Shown here in pieces: positions 39,029 through 48,112 of a stretch of DNA of 64,000 nt. The position numbers were made by a program, and so were the translations under genes. This DNA is from an uncultured bacterium (GTDB taxonomy: Bacteria; Patescibacteriota; Minisyncoccia; UBA6257; 2-01-FULL-56-20), in contig OY970126.1 of the NCBI GenBank assembly GCA_963705915.1, positions 168,306 to 232,305 on the forward strand. Reading direction: 5' to 3'. Position 1 is the first letter of the stretch; each line of letters begins with the position of its first letter. The notes beneath the pieces were generated by a model. It was given only the letters and a program-made list of their open reading frames with translations, made no database searches and was not told the DNA's origin.

Positions 39029-40538
39029 TTTTCAGAGGATTTGATCCTGGTCCAGGATGAACGCTGGCGGCGTGGATAAGGCATGCAAGTCGAGCGATCT
39101 ATTAGTAGCAATACTGATAGGGAGCGGCGAACGAGTTAGTAACACCTTGGTACGTACCTCGAAGATGGGCACAGCTCGCCGAAAGGCGGGGTAATTCTCA
39201 ATATTGTCGCAAGACGAAAGTCGCAAGACGCTTCGAGATCGGCCTAGGTCCGATCAGCTAGTTGGTGAGGTAACGGCTTACCAAGGCTATGACCGGTAGG
39301 GGAGGTGAGAGCCTGACCCCCAACGACGGAACTGAGACACGGTCCGTACACCTACGGGTGGCAGCAGTCGAGAATATTCGACAATGGGCGAAAGCCTGAT
39401 CGAGCGACGCCGCGTGCAGGATGAAGGCCTTCGGGTCGTAAACTGCGGTAGTACAGTAACAATGTAAATGAGTGCTGTATGGAAAGAGGTGGGTAACTAC
39501 GTGCCAGCACCAGCGGTAAAACGTAGACCTCAAGCGTTATCCGGATTTATTGGGCGTAAAGCGCGTGTAGGAGGTTTTGTGCGTCTTCTGTTAAAGCCCA
39601 GGGCCTAACCCTGGAATCGCAGGAGATACGACAGAACTAGAGGAGGTTAGAGGTGCATGGAACTCACGGTGTAGGGGTGAAATCCGTTGATATCGTGGGG
39701 AACACCAAAGGCGAAGGCAGTGCACTGGGACCTTCCTGACTCTGAGATGCGAAAGCGTGGGGAGCAAAAAGGATTAGATACCCTTGTAGTCCACGCCCTA
39801 AACGATGTCTGTTTGGTGTTTCGAGTATCGACCCTCGGAGTGCCGTAGCTAACGCGTTAAACAGACCGCCTGGGAAGTACGATCGCAAGATTAAAACTCA
39901 AAGGAATAGACGGGGACTCGCACAAGCGGTGGAACATGAGGTTTAATTCGACAGTAAGCGAGGAACCTTACCAAGGCTTGAAATGTATGTCGACGGGTGA
40001 TGGAAACATTGCCCTTCTCACAAGGACAGTATACGCAGGTGCTGCATGGTTGTCGTCAGCTCGTGGTTTGAACTGTTCCCTTAAGTGGGGTAACGAGCGC
40101 AACCCCTATTACGCGTTACAAGTGTCGCGTGAAACTGCCCAGCACAAAGATCGGAATCAAATGATTGTGATCTTCGTGCTGGGAGGAAGGAGGGGATGAC
40201 GTCAAATCCGCATGGCCCTTTGATGCCTTGGGCTACACTCGTGTTACAATGGCCGCGACAATGGGTTGCCAACCCGCAAGGGGGAGCTAATCCCATCAAA
40301 CGTGGCCCCAGTTCGGATTGGAGGCTGAAACCTGCCCCCATGAAGCCGGAATCGCTAGTAATCGCAGATCAGCCACGCTGCGGTGAATACGTTCTCGAGT
40401 CCTGTACTCACTGCCCGTCAAGCCAAGGGAGCCGGTAATAGGTGAAATCTCACTCACGTGGGATCAATCTAAGATCGGTGACATGGGCTAAGTCGTAACA
40501 AGGCACGCGTAGCGGAAGCTGTGCGTGGATCAATTAAA
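39029..40538 (+). rRNA. rrs: 16S rRNA (unlinked, no anti-SD tail); ends approximate
   Basis: TTTGATCCTGG, GTGCCAGC, ATTAGATACCC, AAGTCGTAACAAGG, final GGATCA; processing stem about 38921-38943 with 40591-40611. Confidence 0.97.
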
Positions 40539-40633
40539 CTATCTTAAAAATAGTTAAGTCGAACATTGCGTTCGCGCAATGGGTTAGCGTTGGGACAACT
40601 AAAAAGCTCTTTGCATGTGGTAAAATAAAGCTT

Positions 40634-41015
40634 ATGGCAGATGAATCAAAAAAGGTTATGGTGATTGAGGACGACCGTTTCTTGTCGACCCTCGTTAAGG
40701 CGCGTCTTGAAAAAGAAGGTTTCGTCGTTGTTCAAGCATTTGACGGCGAAGAGGCACTCGAGACGCTGCGGCGGGATTCGCCTCCCAATCTCATCATTCT
40801 CGACCTCATCATGCCAAAGGTCACAGGCTTCGAGCTTTTGCAGACTGTTTCCATCACGCCGGGATTGGCCACCATCCCCGTCGATCATCCTCAGTAACTT
40901 GGCCCAAGATTCAGACATCGAAAAGGCCAAGCAGTTGGGCGCCAAAGAATATTTTGTAAAGGTAAAAGTATCGATCGATGACCTCGTCGGCAAAATAAAA
41001 TCACTCGTACAATAA
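40634..41015 (+). pseudogene. Single-domain response regulator with a +1 frameshift near 40883
   Basis: VIEDD...ILDLIMP...IPV in one frame continues as IILSNL...YFVK in the +1 frame. Confidence 0.75.
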
Positions 41016-41022
41016 TTTCATC

Positions 41023-41325
41023 ATGATCAGCGAAGACATCCAAAAACAAATCCGTCCCGGCGCGAAGGTTCGTGTCTATGAGGGCAAGACCCCATTCACC
41101 GGCCTCGTCATTGCACGCAAACACGGCTCCGAGCCGGGTGCCACGTTCACCGTGCGTACCGTGCTCGCAGGCGTCGGCGTGGAAAAAGTGTATCCAATTC
41201 ATTCGCCTGCAATTGTAAAAGCGGAAATCGTTTCAAGTCCAAAGAAAATCCATCGTTCAAAGCTCTATTTCGTCCGTAAGATTTCGGGTGCGCGCATCCG
41301 CCAGAAGCTCGACGTATCGCTCTAG
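41023..41325 (+). CDS. rplS: 50S ribosomal protein L19
   Basis: FTGLVIA, TFTVR, GVGVEK, HSP, RSKLYF. Confidence 0.93.
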   Translation: MISEDIQKQIRPGAKVRVYEGKTPFTGLVIARKHGSEPGATFTVRTVLAGVGVEKVYPIHSPAIVKAEIVSSPKKIHRSKLYFVRKISGARIRQKLDVSL

Positions 41326-41349
41326 TCTCATTTCACGATCCAAAAAAGT

Positions 41350-41380
41350 AAAAAACCCCGGTCCGAAGACTGGGGTTTTT
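41350..41380. terminator. Bidirectional terminator
   Basis: AAAAAACCCCGGTC-CGAA-GACTGGGGTTTTT. Confidence 0.7.
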
Positions 41381-41399
41381 GGTGCGGCTGCGTTCGAGG

Positions 41400-41744
41400 T
41401 TAGATCCTTAGCTGAAAGGATTTGGCGGCCGTCGAACGACCACAACCGAATTGCGGTGCATAGATGACGTTGAACTTTTGAAGAACAGCCTGACCAGTCG
41501 GGGATCGTGCGAGGTCGCACGAGGTCTTCAGTGCTTCGAGGTCGGGGCGATGCTGCCCGCGCATCATATCGATGGCTGCGAAGGCGGCGGACGGTGCAAA
41601 CGGATCAAAGGGAGGAGCGTGTGCTGTGGCGGCAACGGGTGTTGTGATTGGAGAACGATTCAGGTTCGCGGTACCTGGCGACATTACTACAACAACAATC
41701 GCGAGTGCAGCGAGCCAGAGTGAGAGCCAAAGCCTGGTTCTCAT
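41400..41744 (-). CDS. Hypothetical exported protein
   Basis: AAGGAG 8 nt before ATG 41744; signal or TM segment. Confidence 0.6.
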   Translation of the reverse strand: MRTRLWLSLWLAALAIVVVVMSPGTANLNRSPITTPVAATAHAPPFDPFAPSAAFAAIDMMRGQHRPDLEALKTSCDLARSPTGQAVLQKFNVIYAPQFGCGRSTAAKSFQLRI

Positions 41745-41867
41745 CGTTTGGGCTCCTTGTGAAGCTCGAATCAAACAGAAAAACAACTACCTCTAAGTGT
41801 AGCATAGCGGCTCTTTCATTGAAATTATTGCCAAAGCTGTATTATAATCCCGAAGTGCTTTATATAT

Positions 41868-41951
41868 GCGCGGGTGGCGAAATTGGCAGACGCATCACCT
41901 TGAGGTGGTGACGCCCGTAAGGGCTTGCAGGTTCAAATCCTGTCCCGCGCA
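41868..41951 (+). tRNA. tRNA-Leu(GAG)
   Basis: Acceptor stem GCGCGGG/CCCGCGC; TCACC-TTGAGGT-GGTGA; long variable arm. Confidence 0.95.
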
Positions 41952-42004
41952 CAGGAGAAAATAAAAACGACCCTTAACGAGGGTCAAGCGGAAGTGAGCA
42001 TGTG

Positions 42005-42184
42005 CTACCAACCCACAATAGCAACGCTCGGTTCAAAGCCGGCATTTTTGAGCGCTTTCTCAATTTTGGAGATTTGCGCGGATACGACTTGCCTAATCTT
42101 CGGAAGAGATCGCGAGGGGACACTCTTTTTTCCCGGACGACTGGCTACGATTTTGATGACAACTCGAGCTGTGGTTTTTTGCAT
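42005..42184 (-). CDS. Small basic hypothetical protein (cassette 1)
   Basis: TAAGGAG 8 nt before ATG 42184; hairpin at about 41967-41985 downstream. Confidence 0.5.
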   Translation of the reverse strand: MQKTTARVVIKIVASRPGKKSVPSRSLPKIRQVVSAQISKIEKALKNAGFEPSVAIVGW

Positions 42185-42269
42185 AAGCATATCTCCTTAT
42201 GGAGCTGAGCAGAATATAACAACCAGGGTGGTCAATAGTCAAGCGACAGTGGGAGTATCGGTTAAAAAA

Positions 42270-42305
42270 TAGGTTCGAACTTCGTCCACTACCCCGCGCA
42301 CAAAA
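42270..42305 (+). repeat. att-like repeat 1 resembling the tRNA-Leu 3' end
   Basis: TAGGTTCGAACTTCGTCCACTACCCCGCGCACAAAA; 32/36 identical to the copy at 42827. Confidence 0.8.
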
Positions 42306-42369
42306 TCCGTCTAACGCGTTAAAGGTAATACACCGCACAATTGCAGCTCCATTTTGCTAAAATATATTT

Positions 42370-42801
42370 ATGATGAAAATAGAAATGACGGATTCAGATA
42401 TTAAGACTCTTGATCGATTGGTCGGTACATGGAAAGTATCGGGTGATGCGCAGGGCCAAATCAAATATGAATGGATGGAAGGCGGACTCTTTCTCGTGCA
42501 ACATGTTGATCTACAATACGGCGGGAGAAAAATAAAAGGCATCGAAATCATTGGTCATATGAAGCAGCCCAATGAACGACCGAGCAAAGAAATATGGAGT
42601 CGCTTTTACAGCTCTCTTGATGGCCTGACGCTCGATTACGTTTATGAACTTACCGACAATATTCTCACGATCTGGTTCGGTCATAAGGATTCCGACAATC
42701 ACATGAAGAGCGTTTTCGACCCCAGCGGAAATAATTTTTCCGCAGAATGGGAATGGCCGGGAGGAGGCTATAAGGTTACGGGAACTAGGTTAGTAGGATA
42801 A
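42370..42801 (+). CDS. Hypothetical beta-rich protein, possibly DUF1579-like (cassette 2)
   Basis: LDRLVGTW...YEWMEGG pattern; flanked by the two att-like repeats. Confidence 0.7.
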   Translation: MMKIEMTDSDIKTLDRLVGTWKVSGDAQGQIKYEWMEGGLFLVQHVDLQYGGRKIKGIEIIGHMKQPNERPSKEIWSRFYSSLDGLTLDYVYELTDNILTIWFGHKDSDNHMKSVFDPSGNNFSAEWEWPGGGYKVTGTRLVG

Positions 42802-42826
42802 CTCATCAAAGCTCATTTTCTGGAGG

Positions 42827-42862
42827 TAGGTTCGAACTGAGTCCAGTACTCCGCGCACAAAA
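42827..42862 (+). repeat. att-like repeat 2
   Basis: TAGGTTCGAACTGAGTCCAGTACTCCGCGCACAAAA. Confidence 0.8.
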
Positions 42863-42891
42863 AAGCCCCGACAAGGTCTTGGATAACTTTG

Positions 42892-43377
42892 TCAGGGCGT
42901 TGATGCGTCAGTATTCTCGTCAGTGGCTAACTTGAGCGATTCTTCTTCGAGTATCGGCCGGTACACATTCGTTGCGGCAAGCGTGGATGCTTCAGCCCAT
43001 CGATCGAGTGCATTCACGAGGGCTGTTCGTTTCCGAACTAGAGATCCCTCTCGTTTGCTGTCCGACGACCTTATGAGCGACCTGAGGAAACTGGTTAGTT
43101 CACGAAGATCAGAGGCGAGTCGGTCGATCTCCCGGTAGTGGAACTCAGCAGCGATGCTATCTGGGTCCCCGTTGACCGTGAAAAGCAGGCATTCGATTTC
43201 GGTGAATAATTTTTCAAGGAGCGAATGGGCGTCAAGAAATTTTCTATGAAAACTACCCACCCTTCTGTCGCCGCCTTTTCTTCGATCGTTTGCGCCTGCA
43301 TACATTCTCTGAAGGCGCACAAGTTCTCCCTCGTATGTGGGAGTTCGTCGATCTTCGCCTTTGCGATGATCGTCCAT
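42892..43377 (-). CDS. Hypothetical helical protein
   Basis: GGAGGTG 6 nt before ATG 43377; DRRK/DRR repeats near the N-terminus. Confidence 0.6.
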   Translation of the reverse strand: MDDHRKGEDRRTPTYEGELVRLQRMYAGANDRRKGGDRRVGSFHRKFLDAHSLLEKLFTEIECLLFTVNGDPDSIAAEFHYREIDRLASDLRELTSFLRSLIRSSDSKREGSLVRKRTALVNALDRWAEASTLAATNVYRPILEEESLKLATDENTDASTP

Positions 43378-43488
43378 AGCAGCCACCTCCAAAGATGAAT
43401 TTTATTCAAGCTGTGCGGATTATATCCTGATTGTTATTGTTGGTCAACGCCCTTTCCTTTTTTTTTGAATTTGCTATAGTGATTCCCA

Positions 43489-44745
43489 ATGAGACGGCAC
43501 CCTGGTCTCTATCTCGGAATAATTGTGATCGTGGCGATTGTCGCCGGTTTTTTTGTATATCCAAAATGGATTGGTAGACAATACGAACCGTGGAAACTTG
43601 GCCTCGATTTGGTCGGGGGCAGTCACTTGGTTTACCAAATCGACTTATCGAACGTCTCTTCAACCGACCAAGCGTCCGTCGTCGCAGGCTTGCGCGGTGT
43701 GATCGAGCAGCGCATCAACCTCTACGGCGTGAGCGAACCGGATATTTACACCTCTCAAAATGGCAACCAAGCGCAGCTCTACATTGACCTCGCGGGCGTG
43801 AATGATCTCACCGACGCCATCAACGAAATTGGCCAGACGCCAACCCTCGACTTCCGTGAAGTTGACCAGACGGCTTCGGGAACGCAATACGTGTACACGA
43901 ATCTTACCGGCCAATATATTACCGGGGCATCACTCGTTTTTGATCCCACGACCGGCGCCCCGCAAGTGCAAATTAATTTCAACACCGAAGGGGCCCAAAT
44001 CTTCGGCGAAATAACCACCGCGAATATCGGCAAGCCGCTCGCCATCTTTCTCGACAACCAACTCCTTGAAGCGCCGACGGTTCAAAGCGCCATCACGAAT
44101 GGTTCGGCCGTTATCACCGGTAGTTTCACGGTTGCCGAGGCTCAAGACCTCGTGAGCCGTTTTAATGCAGGAGCTTTACCCGCACCTATCTCGCTTATCA
44201 GCCAACAGACGGTGAGTGCGACCCTCGGAACTGACTCATTAAAGAAAGTTATTCTTGCGGGTATCATCGGCACGCTCCTCGTTATTCTTTTTATGCTTTT
44301 CTACTATCGCTTGCTGGGCTTGTTCGCAGCCATGGCGCTTGTCATTTACATTGCGCTCACCCTCGGCATCTTCAAGCTTTTTGGCGTCACCATGACGCTC
44401 GCCGGCTTGGCTGGTTTTATTCTCACGATTGGTATGGCGGTTGATGCCAACATTCTTATATTCGAAAGGATCAAAGAAGAATTGAAGCGGGGATTACCGA
44501 AGGCTTCGGCAATCGAAGAAGGCTTCCGCCGGGCGTGGCCATCGATCCGTGATTCGAATATGTCGACTGCGATCACGGCAGCCATTTTGTACTTCTTCAC
44601 TTCTGAGTTCGTTCGCGGCTTTGCGCTCACGCTTCTTATCGGTGTTATTGTGAGCTTATTCAGCGCCATCACAACTACGCGGCTTTTCTTGCGGGTATTT
44701 TTGAAAGATAAAGCAAAACCACAACCACAACCTCAACATGCTTAA
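43489..44745 (+). CDS. secD: Protein translocase subunit SecD
   Basis: LGLDLVGG, GVSEP, AGALP, GMAVDANILIFERIKEE. Confidence 0.96.
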   Translation: MRRHPGLYLGIIVIVAIVAGFFVYPKWIGRQYEPWKLGLDLVGGSHLVYQIDLSNVSSTDQASVVAGLRGVIEQRINLYGVSEPDIYTSQNGNQAQLYIDLAGVNDLTDAINEIGQTPTLDFREVDQTASGTQYVYTNLTGQYITGASLVFDPTTGAPQVQINFNTEGAQIFGEITTANIGKPLAIFLDNQLLEAPTVQSAITNGSAVITGSFTVAEAQDLVSRFNAGALPAPISLISQQTVSATLGTDSLKKVILAGIIGTLLVILFMLFYYRLLGLFAAMALVIYIALTLGIFKLFGVTMTLAGLAGFILTIGMAVDANILIFERIKEELKRGLPKASAIEEGFRRAWPSIRDSNMSTAITAAILYFFTSEFVRGFALTLLIGVIVSLFSAITTTRLFLRVFLKDKAKPQPQPQHA

Positions 44746-45637
44746 TATCGTTGGCCGGAAAAAAATATGGTTTGCCTTGTCGACAATCCTCGTCGGCCTC
44801 GCCATCATCGCTATTGCAACGTATCGATTCCAGTTGAGCGCCGAATTTGCTGGAGGCTCGCTCTGGGAGTTCAAGGTGCCAGTCAATCAACCGTCGCTCA
44901 CCGATGTCCAGAATGTATTCACGAATACCCTCCATGTGGATGGCGCTCAAGTGACCTACGATTCGACTAACCAAGAATTCCTCGCAAGCTTCAATACGAT
45001 CGACGAGACGACCCACCAGCAGTATCTCAAGATTTTGCAAAGCACATGGCCATCATTCCAAGAATTAAATTTTGAATCGATCAGTCCTTCGATTGGCGGC
45101 AATCTCCTCTATAACGCTATTATCGCAATCATTCTGGTGCTCATTGGTATTTCAATCTATATCGCGTTTGCATTCCGCAAGGCATCACGGCCGATCAGTT
45201 CGTGGCAGTATGGATGGATCACGCTGCTCACGTTGTTCCACGACGTATCCATCCCGGCTGGTTTGCTCGCGATCCTTGGCCACTTCCGCGGCGTGCAAAT
45301 CGATAGCGATTTCATTGTTGCCTTACTCGTGGTGATGGGCTTCTCGGTGCACGACACGATCGTTGTCTTTGACCGTATTCGTGAAAATCTGCTCAAGCAA
45401 CGAGGCAGGGAGCCGTTCCAAAAAATCGTGAACGACAGCGTGAATCAGAGCATCGCGCGTTCAGTGAACACATCGCTCACGCTTATTCTCGTGCTTCTCG
45501 CATTGTATTTTGTGGGCCCCGTCGACCTTCAGTACTTCGTTTTGACATTGCTTGTCGGTGTGACGACCGGTATTTATTCATCAATATTTATTGCGAGTCC
45601 AGCCCTCGTTCTTATCGCTCCCAAGGATATCAAGTAG
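44738..45637 (+). CDS. secF: Protein translocase subunit SecF
   Basis: EFAGG, HDV, GFSVHDTIVVFDRIREN, RSVNTS. Confidence 0.96.
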   Translation: MLNIVGRKKIWFALSTILVGLAIIAIATYRFQLSAEFAGGSLWEFKVPVNQPSLTDVQNVFTNTLHVDGAQVTYDSTNQEFLASFNTIDETTHQQYLKILQSTWPSFQELNFESISPSIGGNLLYNAIIAIILVLIGISIYIAFAFRKASRPISSWQYGWITLLTLFHDVSIPAGLLAILGHFRGVQIDSDFIVALLVVMGFSVHDTIVVFDRIRENLLKQRGREPFQKIVNDSVNQSIARSVNTSLTLILVLLALYFVGPVDLQYFVLTLLVGVTTGIYSSIFIASPALVLIAPKDIK

Positions 45638-45702
45638 CGTCTTGTTGACAGGCCTTGCATTATAGTGTAATATTGTATATACTATAAGAAAATAAACATC
45701 CA

Positions 45703-46734
45703 ATGCCGTCTATATCCAAGATTATTAATAGCGCGCTTGCGGATCTCAATCCTCGCCAAAAGGAGGTTATTTCCGCCCGTTTTGGCCTAGAGAAAGGGGA
45801 TAACGGTGAAACGTTGGCTGCGATTGGTGAGCGAATGCACGTTACCCGCGAACGCGTGCGCCAAATTGAAAATGGCGCGATCTCCCTCGTCAAAGCCAAT
45901 ATGAGCAAGAACGATGAAGCGGTCGCCATGCTTGAGCGCATCAAAAAGTTTATCGCGAGCAAGGGGGGCGTGGCCAAGAAGGCCGACGTTGCCCAGTTTG
46001 CTTCCACGCTTGCGAATGGCATCCGCGAATCACACCTCGATTTCCTCGCTGAAGCGACGGGTGTTTTCAATTTATACCGTGAAGACGAAAATTATCATCC
46101 GTTCTATTACGTGAGCGAAAAAGATATGAAATCAGCCCAAAGTTTTGTTGATGGTTGGGTTAATTTCTTGAAGAACCGCAAAGAGAAAGTTCTCTCCGAG
46201 TCGTATCACGTCCAGCTCGCTTCTTTCTTGAAGACCAAGTCCACAAGCCAGGGCGTTGCGGAAAACTACCTCGCCATATCGAAGAAGCTTCACAAGAATC
46301 CGTATGGGGACATGGGACTTCGCGAATGGCCTGAAATCAGTCCGGCGACCGTGCGTGATAAAATTTACCTTGTCTTGAAGAAGAAGGCTGAACCGTTGCA
46401 TTTTGAAGATATCGCAAAAAACATTAATCAAGTTGGCTTTGATGAACAAGAAGCGCTTGCGCCAACCGTGCACAACGAACTTATTAAAGATAATCGTTTT
46501 GTTCTTGTCGGCCGTGGTATGTATGGTTTGCGCGAACACGGTTATGAACCGGGCACCGCGCGCCAGGTGATCGCAAGGATTTTGAAGCATCGTGGGCCGT
46601 TGCGTCCGACGGATGTTGTGACCCGCGTGAACGAAGAGCGTTTTTTCAAGCCGAACACCATCCTCATCAACTTACAAAACAAGAATTACTTCGAGCGAAT
46701 GCCGGATGGCCGGTATCGCGTCCGTGAATCATAA
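45703..46734 (+). CDS. Sigma70 region-4 plus HARE-HTH domain protein
   Basis: RFGL...TLAAIG...VTRERVRQIE; PLHF..I..TVHNELI..RFVLVGRG.Y.L. Confidence 0.8.
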   Translation: MPSISKIINSALADLNPRQKEVISARFGLEKGDNGETLAAIGERMHVTRERVRQIENGAISLVKANMSKNDEAVAMLERIKKFIASKGGVAKKADVAQFASTLANGIRESHLDFLAEATGVFNLYREDENYHPFYYVSEKDMKSAQSFVDGWVNFLKNRKEKVLSESYHVQLASFLKTKSTSQGVAENYLAISKKLHKNPYGDMGLREWPEISPATVRDKIYLVLKKKAEPLHFEDIAKNINQVGFDEQEALAPTVHNELIKDNRFVLVGRGMYGLREHGYEPGTARQVIARILKHRGPLRPTDVVTRVNEERFFKPNTILINLQNKNYFERMPDGRYRVRES

Positions 46735-46799
46735 CCGCGGCTTGCGGTCGTTTTAGTTCTCGCAATTTTGAAAACTTGGTATGCTTAGTATAGTGATTT

Positions 46800-48110
46800 A
46801 TGTCTAATTTCTTTTCATTGCCACCATTGCCGGGCCCTGTTACAGGGGTCTTCGGAAGCATCTGGACGGTATGGGAAGCGGTCTGGTGGATCGTCGTGCC
46901 CATCATCGCCATCATCGTTTTCTGGGAGTCCTGGCATCTCTATCTGCATCATCAGTGGATCCATAACATTCACTGGGTGTTGCTTGAAATTAAAGTTCCA
47001 AAGAATATTTTGAAAACGCCGCGGGCGATGGAGCAAATTTTTGCCGCCGCGCATGCACCATATTCATACGGGTATAGCTGGATCCAACGCAACATTCAGG
47101 GTATGGATGAGTTCTGGATGTCATTTGAGCTTATCGCACGAAGCGGAGAAACTCATTTTTATCTTCGCGTACCGGACGAATTCCGTAACATGATGGAATC
47201 CGCCATCTATGGCCAATACCCTGAAGCAGAAATTTCGGAAGCTCAGGATTATTTGGATGAAATGCCGAAGGTCATTCCAAACCGTAACTTCGACTTGTCT
47301 GGTTTTGAAGAAGTATTGCGCGATCCTGGCTATGTTCCAATCCGCACCTATCTTTCATTTGAGGATCCGGTTGAAGAGCGTCGCGTTGATCCGATAGCCG
47401 GTCTCATGGAAATAATGTCGAAGCTCGATGAGGGTGAACAAATTTGGTATCAATTACTCATTCGCCCGACGGGGGATGATTTTAAAAAAGAGGGAGCCGA
47501 GGCCATCAATGCTTTGCATGGCTACGGCGAGGAGGAGCATAAAAGTGGCTGGTTCCCAAAGGTTGACCTTGGTTTTACATTTGCCGAAGCGGTTCGGGCT
47601 CCTTTCGTGCACCCCGGGGAGCATGAAGGCGAAGAAGAAAAAGAAAAAAAACCTAACATCCGAACGGTCCTTCCGGCGCATGAACAAGAATGGGCCGCCG
47701 GTGTACAGAAAAAAATCCAAAAATTAGCATTCGAGACCACAGTACGCTTCGTCATTATAAGCGAAAAAAATATCGCGCCGCCGGACTCGGGCCAGGTGAT
47801 GTCTCTCCATGGTTACATGCGGCAATTCAATTCACCCTATATGAATCAATTGAAGCCGGAGAAAACCACGACGACCGCCGGCTATGCAGTGAAAGGGTTA
47901 TTCAAAAAGACACGCCTCCAATTCCGAAAGCGTCTTTTATATGAACATTATCGCAATATCCTGCATGGTCCGACGGCCATCCTCAACATTGAAGAGCTTG
48001 CAACGATTTTCCATTTCCCGATCGCCACCGTTTCAACGTCCGAACTGGAAAAAATCGAATCACGCAAAGGCAGCCCGCCGGCTTCGCTTCCTATCATTGA
48101 AGAACCATAA
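46800..48110 (+). CDS. Membrane protein resembling the N-terminal half of the fused VirD4-like protein
   Basis: LEIKVP, SFE, HFY, PIRTY, EELATIFHFP shared with 9145-11541. Confidence 0.75.
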   Translation: MSNFFSLPPLPGPVTGVFGSIWTVWEAVWWIVVPIIAIIVFWESWHLYLHHQWIHNIHWVLLEIKVPKNILKTPRAMEQIFAAAHAPYSYGYSWIQRNIQGMDEFWMSFELIARSGETHFYLRVPDEFRNMMESAIYGQYPEAEISEAQDYLDEMPKVIPNRNFDLSGFEEVLRDPGYVPIRTYLSFEDPVEERRVDPIAGLMEIMSKLDEGEQIWYQLLIRPTGDDFKKEGAEAINALHGYGEEEHKSGWFPKVDLGFTFAEAVRAPFVHPGEHEGEEEKEKKPNIRTVLPAHEQEWAAGVQKKIQKLAFETTVRFVIISEKNIAPPDSGQVMSLHGYMRQFNSPYMNQLKPEKTTTTAGYAVKGLFKKTRLQFRKRLLYEHYRNILHGPTAILNIEELATIFHFPIATVSTSELEKIESRKGSPPASLPIIEEP

Positions 48111-48112
48111 TC

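Noticed and set aside
39032-40438. ORFs overlapping the 16S gene
   Set aside because: Spurious frames within rRNA; no intron-sized insertion or homing endonuclease seen.
37231-42292. GTCCACTAC shared by the tandem RNA motif and att repeat 1
   Set aside because: Only 9 bp, flanks unrelated, and att repeat 2 differs; probably chance.
42270-42862. 36-bp repeats as a CRISPR array
   Set aside because: Only two copies, 557 bp apart with a gene between them; no cas genes; they resemble the tRNA end.
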